Shown: positions 41,063 through 52,117, counted from the first letter of the whole stretch. The stretch is 62,549 bases of DNA, filler included, from an uncultured Myxococcia bacterium (GCA_964617105.1; 23 parts of 23 records of this genome joined end to end with filler, not necessarily neighbours in it), one strand, 5' to 3'. The notes: a model not told the origin generated them from the sequence alone. Numbers and translations: made by a program.

Positions 41063-41332
41063 GAGACCTGTAAATGTGAATACATGATGGGCTTTTACGG
41101 CCCAAAGTTCTTTGAAAACAGAATAATAGACGGAGAAAAATAGAGAAAACAAGAGCCAAAATTGGGCTGACTGAGGAAATTTGTTGTCGGCATTAGAAAA
41201 GAGAGCCAAAAGACCAAACCAATCCAAATTAGGATAAGATCAATCCCCAAATTGGAGTTGACCTGAGAGTCGGGAGTCGGAAAAAAGGTTTTACAGGTTT
41301 CACGCCGCTTTCTTCAACCGAAATCCAGTAAC
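41042..41332 (-). mobile_element. Possible insertion-sequence end with the last codons of a convergent ORF (VTGFRLKKAA*, stop 41300-41302)
   Basis: Abrupt loss of toxin-like sequence at about 41043; no immunity ORF follows; contig breaks inside the convergent ORF. Confidence 0.4.
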
Positions 41333-41432
41333 NNNNNNNNNNNNNNNNNNNNNNNNNNNNNNNNNNNNNNNNNNNNTTAATTAATTAANNNNNNNNNNNN
41401 NNNNNNNNNNNNNNNNNNNNNNNNNNNNNNNN

Positions 41433-42045
41433 TTTTAATAAGTTCCCGGCTTAAAAATGCGGTCAATATTGGTCCCGACAGGTTGTCATTGGCCAATGAT
41501 GGATGACAGATATAGGTGGAGATTAAAATTTCTTGCGATGAACTGCCGGGAATTAGAATTTCTCCAATGGTTAAGGAACCATTTTTTAATTCTGAATCGA
41601 TAAACACCTCATAGAGATCATTAGGATTAAAATCTTTTTGAAATTGATCATAACTGAGGCAGAACCCCCATTTTTCTTGATAATAACTGGTCCGGTAAGG
41701 GATAGCACTGGGCATTTTTTTTAAAAAATAGAGATGCGAACTCAACTGCTCTAGAGTCATTTTTTGATGCACAGGAGAACTATATCCAAGTAGGTGAAGA
41801 TTGTTGTTTTTAAAATCAACAATCTTTTCTCCCCGGCTGTTTTTTATCCAGGCTTGATTGGCATTCCACTCTTTTGGCACTTTCCAGTCAAAAACTCTCA
41901 GTCCAGTAGGATATTCAATAATATCAATGGGAGCAATTGCCTGAAGGGCTTTTAAGGTTTGCCGGTTACCCTCCCCGGTAATGCTTCGGTTAATCGGAAA
42001 CAGTTGTTTCAAGTAGTTATCAATTTCTCTGGTGTTATCAATCAT
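41433..42045 (-). CDS. DUF4910-like polysaccharide-biosynthesis protein with aminopeptidase-like domain (3' partial)
   Basis: LFPINRSITGEG, FDWKVPKEW, IPYRTSYY and HPSLANDNLSG. Confidence 0.85.
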
Positions 42046-42067
42046 ATTTTAACTTTGAGTGTATTTA

Positions 42068-43252
42068 TTAACCGCCAAAATGCTGTATGGTTTTGGCCAA
42101 TGCCTCGGCTTTTTGTTCTGCAATTGAAAGATCAAAATAGTTGGTTTTAAATTGCAGTAATTGGGGTTGAACTTTTTCTGCTACCGGACATAAACCAGGT
42201 GAAAAATCCTGGGTTTGGCTGGAAATGAATTTTTTGTTTAACAGTGCCGGTTCAAGATAGGTAAGTTGCCAGGCAGCATAAATGCCGTCTCCGCCAAAAT
42301 CGAGATAGGTCTGATAAAACACCTTCCATGATACTGGCGCATGCACAGAAAGTCTCAGCACAAAACTCCAATAGGAATGGACCTGACCTGGCCCAACTGC
42401 CTGGGGAATCATCCACTCACAGTTTTGAACCATCTGACTATAGAGTTGAGCGGTCTTTTTACGCATACTGACAATCTCATCAACATGTTCCAACTGCCCT
42501 AATACCACAGCTGCACAGAGTTCAGGCATCCGATAGTTCCAGCCGATGGAATCGTGACGGAGGTAGTTGGGGTCCTGGATAATTGCGTCGGTGATTTTTC
42601 CCTGGCCGGCTTTAACAGTACGGTACCCCAGGCTGTTAAAGCGTCTGATTTTTTCTGCCAAATGGTGGTCATTAGTCACCACCATGCCCCCTTCACCGCT
42701 GGTAATATGCTTGGAACTCTGAAAACTAAAACTGGAAGCATGAGCGATAGAACCAACAATTTTACCATGATAAAAAGAGAGTAAAGATTGAGCATCATCT
42801 GCCAGCACCAACAGGTTATTTTCTCTGGCTATTTCCATAATGGAATCCATATCCGGAGATAAACCGTAGATTGATACCGGGATAATGGCTTTGGTTCTGG
42901 GAGTGATATTATTTTTAATCGACTCTGGATCAATGGTAAAGGTGCGGGGATTAATATCGGCGAAAACCGGCAGAGCCCTGGCCTGAAAAACCGCAAAAGA
43001 GGTGCTGGCCATGGTCAGCGGCGGAACAATTACCTCATCCCCTTCTTCAATACCAGTTGCCGCCAGAACAGCATGCATGGTGGCGGTGCCATTGTTAAAA
43101 GCGATGGCAAAATCAACCCCCATGAGTTTGGCAAACTCCTTCTCCAGTCTGCCGGTCATATCAGATCCGGCGGAGGTCCTGAACTGCTGGTCTAATACTT
43201 TGAGAATATAGTTTTTCTCCCGATGGCCAATTCGTTCAATTATTGTGGTCAC
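42068..43252 (-). CDS. DegT/DnrJ/EryC1/StrS PLP-dependent sugar aminotransferase
   Basis: NGTATMH, DDAQS, SFSFQSSKHITSGEGG and GWNYRM. Confidence 0.92.
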   Translation of the reverse strand: MTTIIERIGHREKNYILKVLDQQFRTSAGSDMTGRLEKEFAKLMGVDFAIAFNNGTATMHAVLAATGIEEGDEVIVPPLTMASTSFAVFQARALPVFADINPRTFTIDPESIKNNITPRTKAIIPVSIYGLSPDMDSIMEIARENNLLVLADDAQSLLSFYHGKIVGSIAHASSFSFQSSKHITSGEGGMVVTNDHHLAEKIRRFNSLGYRTVKAGQGKITDAIIQDPNYLRHDSIGWNYRMPELCAAVVLGQLEHVDEIVSMRKKTAQLYSQMVQNCEWMIPQAVGPGQVHSYWSFVLRLSVHAPVSWKVFYQTYLDFGGDGIYAAWQLTYLEPALLNKKFISSQTQDFSPGLCPVAEKVQPQLLQFKTNYFDLSIAEQKAEALAKTIQHFGG

Positions 43253-43256
43253 TGTT

Positions 43257-44009
43257 TTATCTCCTTGTCACTTTATCCTGCTGCAATGATTTTAGATATC
43301 CCTGGTTTCTAACAGTGCCCTGATTAATATTAAGAAGTTCCGGTTCTTTGTTCAGCAAAGCGATAATATCACCCAGATAAAATATTTGACCCCTATATAA
43401 CCGTTTATAAATCTGCCGGGCAAATTCCAGATCCTGCGGATAGTCAACGGTTAAACGAAGATGAGAAAGGTTTTGGCAATGTTTATAATTAACTATCTTG
43501 AATTTATCAGGATTTTTCCAGATATATGGTGTTACATGCTCCCGTTCAGATAGTAGTTCAGCTTGCTGCCAGGCCTTTTTTAGGGCATGGAAGGAAAAAA
43601 CCTCTATATCCAATCCTTCGGGAAAAGTTGGCTCAATGGTATTGCTCACATAGTCGCATTGCCGGTTATTTAAAAATATTGATATGGCCCGATCAATTAT
43701 TTCAGGATCTTTAAAGGGGTCATCGGCGGTAACTCTGACAATAATATCAGTTCCAACCGATTTTGCCGCCTGATAGTATCGATCGAGAACATCTTCCTGT
43801 GAACCGGCGTAGTTCAAAACTCCATTTTTATTAGAATAAATGACAACCTCACTGTCAACTGGCTCAGTGGTAGTGGCCACAACAATACTGTCAATGTTTT
43901 TACAACTTTTTACCCGATCTAATATATGGGCCAGCATAGGTTTTCCACATATGGAAGCCATGATTTTGTTCGGAAGACGGCTGGCGCCCATTCTGGCTTG
44001 GATAATAGC
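43257..44009 (-). CDS. spsF: SpsF-like cytidylyltransferase (extreme 5' end missing)
   Basis: IIQARMGASRLPNK, GSQEDVLDRY, VRVTADDP, REHVTPY and RLTVDYPQD. Confidence 0.88.
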   Translation of the reverse strand, partial: AIIQARMGASRLPNKIMASICGKPMLAHILDRVKSCKNIDSIVVATTTEPVDSEVVIYSNKNGVLNYAGSQEDVLDRYYQAAKSVGTDIIVRVTADDPFKDPEIIDRAISIFLNNRQCDYVSNTIEPTFPEGLDIEVFSFHALKKAWQQAELLSEREHVTPYIWKNPDKFKIVNYKHCQNLSHLRLTVDYPQDLEFARQIYKRLYRGQIFYLGDIIALLNKEPELLNINQGTVRNQGYLKSLQQDKVTRR

Positions 44010-44110
44010 NNNNNNNNNNNNNNNNNNNNNNNNNNNNNNNNNNNNNNNNNNNNTTAATTAATTAANNNNNNNNNNNNNNNNNNNNNNNNNNNNNNNNNNN
44101 NNNNNNNNNA

Positions 44111-44311
44111 AGAATAGAGCAAACCAGGATAAAAATTAAAGCCCGCCAGGCTGCTGTTCCCTCCACCCTCAAGCAGGAAAAAGAGACTAATCCTTTTTTG
44201 CGTTGCCATCTTCCTGAGGTAAAAAAAGCAGCGGAAAACTTTTCCCAGATGAAATTATCCTGCCCCGGCCAGGTATTTAAAATACTCCGGACCTGGAAAG
44301 ATGAACAATAA
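44111..44311 (+). CDS. gloB: Hydroxyacylglutathione hydrolase C-terminal fragment (not in the ORF track)
   Basis: VPSTLKQEKETNPFLR...VFKILRTWKD. Confidence 0.85.
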   Translation, partial: RIEQTRIKIKARQAAVPSTLKQEKETNPFLRCHLPEVKKAAENFSQMKLSCPGQVFKILRTWKDEQ

Positions 44312-44312
44312 C

Positions 44313-44816
44313 ATGGGTTTTGAAATCGAAAAAAAATTCCTGGTCAAAGATGTTAATAACGTCAAAGCCTTTAAAAACTCCGGGGATCAAGGTAACCCTG
44401 AAGCCTTTAAAAAATTTCAAATCCTTCAGGGTTACCTTTGCTCATCGCCAGAGAGGACAGTGCGTATAAGAATCCGGGAAGAACGGGCTTTCCTGACCAT
44501 AAAAGGGAAAAGTTCAAAATCTGGAACCACCCGCTTTGAATGGGAAAAGGAGATAGAGATTGAAGAGGCCCGCCAACTACTTAAGATCTGCCAGCCGGGC
44601 TTGATTGAAAAAACCCGTTACCTGATTAAATCAGAAAAACACACCTTTGAGGTGGATGTATTTCATGGCCTGAACCAGGGATTGATTTTAGCGGAGGTGG
44701 AACTACACACCGAAGATGAACAATTTTTAAAGCCAGACTGGTTGGGAAAAGAGGTAACCGGTGATGTGCGTTACTACAACTCCAGGCTGATCAAAAAACC
44801 GTACAATAGTTGGTAA
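44313..44816 (+). CDS. CYTH domain protein
   Basis: EIEKKFLV, QGYL, VRIR, LTIKG, IEKTRY, EVDVF and AEVEL. Confidence 0.92.
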   Translation: MGFEIEKKFLVKDVNNVKAFKNSGDQGNPEAFKKFQILQGYLCSSPERTVRIRIREERAFLTIKGKSSKSGTTRFEWEKEIEIEEARQLLKICQPGLIEKTRYLIKSEKHTFEVDVFHGLNQGLILAEVELHTEDEQFLKPDWLGKEVTGDVRYYNSRLIKKPYNSW

Positions 44817-45031
44817 ACGGCAAATTCATAATCCAAATGGCGGATAATTTTCAACTTAGGCCTGGTCGAAAATGTTTTGTTAATAGTCCATCCTGTCGAA
44901 TTCCTGAAAAATCTCAAATAATCATTTAACCTACCCAACGTTTTGTGTTATAATATAAATACTGAATTTATAGGCTAAATTTCTTGTTTTTTGTCTATAG
45001 TCAATATTGAATAATTCTGCCGGAGTAATCC

Positions 45032-46683
45032 ATGAAAAAACATCTACTACCTTTGTTAATGGCTGTCTCTTTATCCTTGCTTTTAACCGCTTGCGGCAAC
45101 TTGAGCGACAGTTCATCTCCAAAGAAAAATGGTTCAACTCCCCCTTTTGGACAGTTGGCCGAAAATAACCACCAGTCGCCGATTTCGCCGGCAGGGTTGA
45201 AACCACCCGGACCAAGGAATCCATCTGTCCAGAAGGCTCAGGCTCAGATCAACCCCGGCAGGATAAATTTGGTGGCCATCAACCCCTATACTGAGATAAT
45301 TGAAAACGCTGACCGCACCAAAACTGCTCAAATTAGTATGTTTCCCCGTTTTTTTCTCAATAACCAGGGAAAATGGCAAAAAATCGACACCTCTCTTATC
45401 AACCTCAATGAAGATAAATCCTGGAAATACGCCAATTTAAAAAATGGCCTGAACAGTTATTTTGCCCATCAAAGCGGCCAGAAAAGCCTGGACGCAATAG
45501 ACCGGCCAATGATGCGGATTGAGATAGCCGGCCAACACGGTATTAATTGGCGCACTTCCAAAATGATAGTTGAACTTGACCAACAACAGATCATATTAGA
45601 AAAAATCAGACCGGTAAAAGCCAACCTGTCCATTCCACAGACCGGAGAAACCCGGTTGTCGACAGATAAAAAATCCCCTGTCGCCAGCATTTTTAACAAT
45701 CGAGACCTGAAAAGCCAAAAAGACACAAAAAACACTGTTCACTTTTACAACAATTTTAACGGAGTGAGCGAAGAATACCGTATTGGCGCCAACTTCATCA
45801 AGCACTCTTATATTTTACATAACAATTCCGCTTTTTCTCATTTCAATCGCGGTTTTCTCTCCTTTCAGGGAGTTATGGAGATTGAAGAGGGGATGGATAT
45901 CCTGGTTAACGGCCATTCAGTTGAAAAAGAAGCAATAGGGGAAACCATCACCATTACTAATAAAGAGGGGGATAAACTCTACTATTTGACCGCTCCTTTT
46001 ATCTACGAAACCGCCAACCGGAAAAACAGCGTGCAGGGCCGTTACCGGATAGTCAGGCACCAAGGAAAAATCTCCATTTTCACCCAAACTCCCATAACCT
46101 GGTTGCAGGAGAAGCGGCGTAAATACCCGATAATTGTGGATCCAACCATTATCCGGGCAGCTGAGTATACCGGCACCATTGAAAAATTTCACGCTAACCC
46201 GCACTGGAAACGATATGTGAACAACGATCCTCTGTTGATTCAGAATACTAATATCTCCAAGACTAAATGGTTCGGGTACAACGCCTCTTTTGCCGAATTC
46301 AACACCACTTCCATTCCCGACCAGGCGGAAATCGTGAGTCTTTTCTTCTCCTATAAAATATTTACCACCGAGAGCGACGGTTTCCTGGAATGTTTTGGCG
46401 AAGGTGGAATGAGATGGTGCCGAGGCGAAGGGGCCCCGGCTATAAACAGTTGCTATTTCAACGGCCAATCCAATTACACCTGCCCCGCCGTAGAATTCCG
46501 CGAAATGTCCATGCAGCCCAGTGCAACTCCGGACAAATCGAAGAATAACAAAAAACTATGGGACGATATACGCCAGGGCTCCGTCTATTATACTAAACGA
46601 TTTGGGCTCTCTGATATTAACGACAGTACCATCACCCAAAGACACGAGTTATCCAAACCCAGCCACCATAAACTCAAGCAACT
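45032..46683 (+). CDS. Large secreted lipoprotein with WapA/RHS-N-terminal-like beta region (3' partial)
   Basis: Lipobox LLTAC; WQKIDTSL; WL...RKYPIIVDPTI; FNTTSIPDQAEI. Confidence 0.6.
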
Positions 46684-46784
46684 NNNNNNNNNNNNNNNNN
46701 NNNNNNNNNNNNNNNNNNNNNNNNNNNTTAATTAATTAANNNNNNNNNNNNNNNNNNNNNNNNNNNNNNNNNNNNNNNNNNNNA

Positions 46785-47123
46785 TTTTACCAGGCGGAAA
46801 AAAAAGTGTTGGAGTACGATCATTGTAAGATCGGTAAGTGGCTGATAGATATGTGGAATTTGCCACCAGATTTGAATGAGAGCATCACGTATCATCATTT
46901 CCCGGAACGGGCTAAAAACAATCAGGAAGATGCGGCTATTATCGCTTTAGCCGATATTTTTACCCGAAGTAAAATGATCGGTTCCTCCGGAGATTTCCGG
47001 ATTCCAAAAATTTCTAGAGAGATTCGCGAATATACCGATTTGAAAATTAACGATATAGAACCATTGATGTACGAATTTGCCCAGGAGTTTCAAAAGGCAG
47101 AAGATTTTATTGAATTATTATAA
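46785..47123 (+). CDS. HDOD domain protein, C-terminal fragment
   Basis: DHCKIGKWLIDMWNLP...YHHFP...IALAD. Confidence 0.85.
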   Translation, partial: FYQAEKKVLEYDHCKIGKWLIDMWNLPPDLNESITYHHFPERAKNNQEDAAIIALADIFTRSKMIGSSGDFRIPKISREIREYTDLKINDIEPLMYEFAQEFQKAEDFIELL

Positions 47124-47178
47124 AATTTTATGAAATTGGGTTGGGGACAAGGCGCTTCACCGTGTTTTCGAGGCAGTA

Positions 47179-48858
47179 ATGAACAGCGAAATTGATAACC
47201 AGAACAAGGTGGCTGAAAATCCAAGCGCCCAGATTGTTACTTCCAAAAAAACCGTGGAAGAACAAAAACAGTTTCTGGCCCAGTATGAACAATTACGTTC
47301 CTTTGAAGAGTTGTTGCTGCAGCAGAAGAATATGGAACAAGTTTACCAGGTATTTTCGCAAAATCTGGACAAGGTGATAAGTTACAAATCTTTGGCCATG
47401 CTGGAGATTATTCCAAAAAATTTTGAGTTTGATATAGTTTTTCCAGCCCAACTTAATAAGGAGTTGGATTTTTTGTTAAATACCCAACTGGAGATAGGCA
47501 ATTTCGGCTGGGCACTCAACAAGGAACGCCCCCTGATCATGGCCCTGGAAGATATCTCCCCCAAGCCGCCATCACTAATGCTCAAGGATAACAAACCCTT
47601 GAGTGTTATAATCTTTCCAATCATCCTGTCATCCAAACCTTTGGGCGCACTTTTTCTTCTTTCAGAAACCAGGCTGGACGAGATTAATCAAAACCTGCTG
47701 CATGTCTTGGATTTACAGGTAAAACTTTTGGCTCGTACCATAGAACGGGTAAGGCTGAATATGCGTCTGCAAGAGCAAAATTTGGCTTTGATCCGCACCA
47801 CCGCTTACCTGGAAAATATTCTAAACAACATCGTTTACAGTATTATTGCCCTGGACAAAAAGGGAAACATTGCTCTTTACAATATCCAGGCGGAAATGAC
47901 CTTTGGTAAAAAACGGCAGCAAGTATTGGCTCAGCCTTACCAACAGGTACTGCCGGAGCCTCTGATTGTAGAGATGGACAAAATTCTCGACAAGATTAAG
48001 AGTAAAAAAATCATTGTTGATTATCAGTTCGACTATCTTTCCTCTCAAAAAATAAGTATCCCCTTGAAAGTGACCGCCACCACCCTTTACGATGCAGAAA
48101 AGAGTAGAAACGGTTTTATCCTGTTTTTTCAGGATATGTTTATCTCCCGGGAAGTGGTAGAGTTGAAAAAATTGGATCAACTCAAGTCTGATTTTATATC
48201 CAAAGTATCCCATGAATTGAGGACACCCTTGAGTATTATCAAAGGGAGTGCCGAAACCCTGATCAATTATCGGGACAAGATGGATATCTCGACTTTTAAC
48301 AATTTTATCAACATGATCGACCGGGAAAGCGATAACCTAAATATGTTAATCGGTAACTTGTTAGACCTTTCGCGCATAGAAGCGGGTAAAATCCAGATGA
48401 ATTTTAGCGAATTTAATCTGGAAGAGTTGATTAGAGAGGTTATAACCATTTTTTCAGGTAAGTATAGCCTGGCCCGATTTCAATTTTCCACAGAGCCGGA
48501 TAAGATGGGGCTGACTGCTGATCGAGACAAAATTCGTCAGGTTTTAATCAACTTGCTGGAAAATGCCTGTAAGTACACTTCTGCAGAAATAGAGGTGAAA
48601 ATTGACTTGCAGGCAAAAAAAAATAAACTATTATTGACGGTTGAAGATAACGGCCCTGGAATTCCACTTAGATACCAGCCCTTTATTTTTGACAAATTTT
48701 ACCGGGCAAAGGGAGGAGAAAATAAAAGCGGAACCGGGTTAGGATTGGCTATATGCAAAGAGATAGTTGAACTACATGCAGGAGAAATACTCCTGGAATC
48801 AGAAGAGGGTAGAGGGTGTAAATTTATTATTTTCTTGCCCATAGCGGAGGATAGATGA
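47179..48858 (+). CDS. GAF/PAS sensor histidine kinase
   Basis: SHELRTPL, QVLINLLENACKY, DNGPGI, FDKFYR and GTGLGL. Confidence 0.93.
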   Translation: MNSEIDNQNKVAENPSAQIVTSKKTVEEQKQFLAQYEQLRSFEELLLQQKNMEQVYQVFSQNLDKVISYKSLAMLEIIPKNFEFDIVFPAQLNKELDFLLNTQLEIGNFGWALNKERPLIMALEDISPKPPSLMLKDNKPLSVIIFPIILSSKPLGALFLLSETRLDEINQNLLHVLDLQVKLLARTIERVRLNMRLQEQNLALIRTTAYLENILNNIVYSIIALDKKGNIALYNIQAEMTFGKKRQQVLAQPYQQVLPEPLIVEMDKILDKIKSKKIIVDYQFDYLSSQKISIPLKVTATTLYDAEKSRNGFILFFQDMFISREVVELKKLDQLKSDFISKVSHELRTPLSIIKGSAETLINYRDKMDISTFNNFINMIDRESDNLNMLIGNLLDLSRIEAGKIQMNFSEFNLEELIREVITIFSGKYSLARFQFSTEPDKMGLTADRDKIRQVLINLLENACKYTSAEIEVKIDLQAKKNKLLLTVEDNGPGIPLRYQPFIFDKFYRAKGGENKSGTGLGLAICKEIVELHAGEILLESEEGRGCKFIIFLPIAEDR

Positions 48859-49217
48859 GCAAAGTTTTAATCGTTGAAGATCATGAATTTATGATAAAAA
48901 TATTGGGTTATAACCTTTCTCAGGAAGGATTTGATGTGTTGGTGGCCACCAATGGCACCAGAGCTCTGGAGATAGCCAGGCAAGAGAAGCCATCTTTGGT
49001 GTTGCTTGATATTATGATTCCCGACCCTGACGGATATGAGGTGTGCCGGCAGTTGAAGGCAGATCCCGCAACCGCCTCTATACCGATAATTTTTGTCTCT
49101 GCTCTAGGGCAGGCATCTGACATCGAAAAAGGGAAGGAATTGGGAGCCAGCGATTTTTTCTGCAAACCTTTTAGTCCCAGCAAATTGATTGCCAGAATAA
49201 AAGAGTTGGTGCGTTAA
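48855..49217 (+). CDS. Single-domain response regulator
   Basis: VLIVED, LLDIMIP, SA and KPF. Confidence 0.93.
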   Translation: MSKVLIVEDHEFMIKILGYNLSQEGFDVLVATNGTRALEIARQEKPSLVLLDIMIPDPDGYEVCRQLKADPATASIPIIFVSALGQASDIEKGKELGASDFFCKPFSPSKLIARIKELVR

Positions 49218-49350
49218 TGGAAAAACATATCAAGTTAAAGAGAATCACCGGATTCTTTAAAAACCCGGCTTATCCCTTGTTTTTTCAGGTGATAATAGTT
49301 CTGGTTGCCTTGGTTGTTTGGTTTGATGACAAACTATTTCTGAATTTGTT
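49217..49350 (+). CDS. Membrane protein, N-terminal fragment
   Basis: TAATG overlap with the response regulator; hydrophobic segment. Confidence 0.55.
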
Positions 49351-49548
49351 NNNNNNNNNNNNNNNNNNNNNNNNNNNNNNNNNNNNNNNNNNNNTTAATT
49401 AATTAANNNNNNNNNNNNNNNNNNNNNNNNNNNNNNNNNNNNNNNNNNNNTCTGGATCCACCATTTACCACCCTATTTTTTGTCTTGACAAAGGGGTCCA
49501 CTTTAATTTAACTTGTCCCTAATTATAACCTAAAGGAGGTAGTATTGT

Positions 49549-50298
49549 ATGAACAAAAAACTTAACTATTTGTTAATCATCGTTGTAGTTGCCGCCCTTG
49601 TAGTGCCGGTTTTTAACTCAGTAACAGCAATGAAAAAAAGTGATGAAGATAAAATCGCCAGAAATATTGCTACCTTGTTGATTGCCGGCCGTAGAGTGAT
49701 TGCCCAGCAGCAGGGACTATTCAATGACCCCAAAAAAGGTGACAAAGGCTTCACACCCGCTATCTTTGAGAGTAAAATAGTCCCTTTGTACAAGAAATTT
49801 ACTGGTGTTGATTTGAAAAAAATGAGCAACAAAACATTACGGGGTAAATATCTGCTCGCATTGCTAGCTTCAGCCAAAGAGACTGTTGGTGATTATCAGA
49901 AGGTAATAAATGAAAAGGGTAAAGGTTTCAAAGGGTTTGTTCCCGCTGTTTTTGGCAAGGAGACAGGTAAAAAGTTTTTTGCCAAGACAGGGATTCAGTT
50001 GAAACAGACCAGTTTGAGACACCGAGCCCTCTACAATAAGCCAGATCCCTTTGAAGAGAAATCATTAAAGAGGTTTGAGTCAAAAAAATGGCCCCGTGGG
50101 AGAGACTTGAGTAAAGTTAATATGGAGAAAGGGAAAAAAGTTATTCGCTTTATGCAGCCAATCTATATTAAAAAAGCCTGTTTAAAATGTCACGGTGTTC
50201 CCAAGGGAGAACTCGATATCTCTGGCCGTCCCAAAGAGGGTTACAAACTGGGTGAAATTCGTGGCGCTATCAGTGTAAGACTACCGGTGGGAAAATAG
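49549..50298 (+). CDS. Stand-alone DUF3365/Tll0287-like c-type heme protein
   Basis: Signal anchor; R..YNKPDPFE; RFMQPI; CLKCH; GYKLGEIRGAISV. Confidence 0.85.
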   Translation: MNKKLNYLLIIVVVAALVVPVFNSVTAMKKSDEDKIARNIATLLIAGRRVIAQQQGLFNDPKKGDKGFTPAIFESKIVPLYKKFTGVDLKKMSNKTLRGKYLLALLASAKETVGDYQKVINEKGKGFKGFVPAVFGKETGKKFFAKTGIQLKQTSLRHRALYNKPDPFEEKSLKRFESKKWPRGRDLSKVNMEKGKKVIRFMQPIYIKKACLKCHGVPKGELDISGRPKEGYKLGEIRGAISVRLPVGK

Positions 50299-50349
50299 AA
50301 TGGGGTTTATCCCGTTACTATTATGTTTATTAATTTAGAGGAGAAAAAC

Positions 50350-51630
50350 ATGAAATTGAAAAAAACTTTACTATCCATTTTACTGTTGTGTTCACTTTGT
50401 TTTTGTTTTACCAGTGTATCTGCTGCTGAACAGGGAGATCTATCTCTGGCCCTGAGTGACTCTGCCTGGATGAAGGTAGATGGCCAATTCAGATCCCGCT
50501 TTCTTTTTAACAGCGGTAAAGATCTAAATAGTGACAATGAAAATAGTGAGTTCATCTCACAGCGTTTTCGCCTTGGAACTGAGTTGGGCTTTAAAGACAA
50601 TTTTCGCATCTATGCTCAACTACAAGATGTTCGTGTTTGGGGTGAAGAGACTAGTACTCTTGGCGACTATACAGCGAATGGTTTTGACTTTCATCAAGCC
50701 TTTGGCGAAGTGACTCTCTGCGAAAAACACAAGTTCCGGTTAGGAAGGCAGGAGATTGCCCTCGATAGCCAGCGCTTAGTTGGTTCAGTGGGATGGGCTG
50801 ATCAGGGCCGTAGTTTTGATGGAGCCAGGTTTATGGCCGACCATGGAGACTTCGAGTTCAACCTCTTCTTCACTAAAGTAGTGGAGAAACATAGCATTAA
50901 CGCTAGTCAGATGGACTACGACTTTGGTGGAGTATGGTTTAAATACAACAAGCTTAACCTTTTTAAACCATCCTTTCTTTTTCTTGCCGATACTGACTAC
51001 ACAAAAGATCAGAAACGGTTTACAACCGGTCTCCACGCTACTGGAAAGTCCAATGAATTCAATTATATATTTGAGTTCTACTATCAGTTTGGTGACATGG
51101 GTAAAAATGATATCGCTGCATTTATGGGTAGTTTAAAGGCTGGTTATAACAGCAAAGGTGACTACAAACCCTCTTTTCATCTCTTTGCCGATTACCTCTC
51201 TGGTGATGATGATGCAAACGATGATACTATCAAATCTTTTGATACCCTTTTTGCCACCAATCACAAGTTTTACGGCTACGTAGATTTCTTTACCAATATT
51301 CCTGTGCATACTAAAAATATGGGACTCATCGACACTGGTGCTGTAGCAACAATTACTCCTTGTGACAAAGGTAAATTCTCCCTCGCATTCCACAAGTTTA
51401 TCCTCGCTCAGGAAGATGGCAGTGGTGAAAAAGATTTAGGCTGGGAAATTGATGCTGTGGCCAAAAGAGGAATAAGGAAAAATCTTACTTTATCGCTGGG
51501 ATATAGCCTATTCAGCCCTGGCGAGGCCATGATCAATATGAAAGCCACTAAAGACAATATGGGCAATGAAATCAAAAATGAAGACATGGAGCATTTTGCT
51601 TTTATGATGTTGGTTATGAACTTTAAATAA
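50350..51630 (+). CDS. Alginate-export-family outer-membrane beta-barrel
   Basis: Signal peptide; GQFRSR, QRFRL, LQDVRVWG, GRQEI..QRLVG..GW...RSFDG, YLSGD and TNHKFYG. Confidence 0.85.
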   Translation: MKLKKTLLSILLLCSLCFCFTSVSAAEQGDLSLALSDSAWMKVDGQFRSRFLFNSGKDLNSDNENSEFISQRFRLGTELGFKDNFRIYAQLQDVRVWGEETSTLGDYTANGFDFHQAFGEVTLCEKHKFRLGRQEIALDSQRLVGSVGWADQGRSFDGARFMADHGDFEFNLFFTKVVEKHSINASQMDYDFGGVWFKYNKLNLFKPSFLFLADTDYTKDQKRFTTGLHATGKSNEFNYIFEFYYQFGDMGKNDIAAFMGSLKAGYNSKGDYKPSFHLFADYLSGDDDANDDTIKSFDTLFATNHKFYGYVDFFTNIPVHTKNMGLIDTGAVATITPCDKGKFSLAFHKFILAQEDGSGEKDLGWEIDAVAKRGIRKNLTLSLGYSLFSPGEAMINMKATKDNMGNEIKNEDMEHFAFMMLVMNFK

Positions 51631-51719
51631 AATTAACAAAAATATGAAAGCGATCATAATCGGATAATCTTGAGTTCAGGTTACAGATCAGATAGATTGT
51701 GCGAAAAATATTCTTCGCA

Positions 51720-51757
51720 AAAAAGGGTGGCCCTTTCTTTATAGAGCCGCCCTTTTT
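51720..51757 (+). terminator. Bidirectional-looking intrinsic terminator
   Basis: AAAAAGGGTGGC...GCCGCCCTTTTT. Confidence 0.7.
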
Positions 51758-52117
51758 GTTTTGGTTGTCTCTTTGTGGGTAGACCGTTCTTTATCACTGG
51801 AAAAATTTCATCTTTTCTCCTCTTTAGGGTTGAAATTAAATTCAATTTTAGTAATATCAAACCCAATCTATTACATTAATTAAAAACAACTGATTTTTTG
51901 ACAAAAGGAACCAGTTTGATGGAGGTATTTAAAGTGAAGTGGCAATATTCAATTTTGGTAACTACTAGGGATAGGAAATTCAAACCACATATCAAAAGTA
52001 TTTTGCCACTACAACTANNNNNNNNNNNNNNNNNNNNNNNNNNNNNNNNNNNNNNNNNNNNTTAATTAATTAANNNNNNNNNNNNNNNNNNNNNNNNNNN
52101 NNNNNNNNNNNNNNNNN

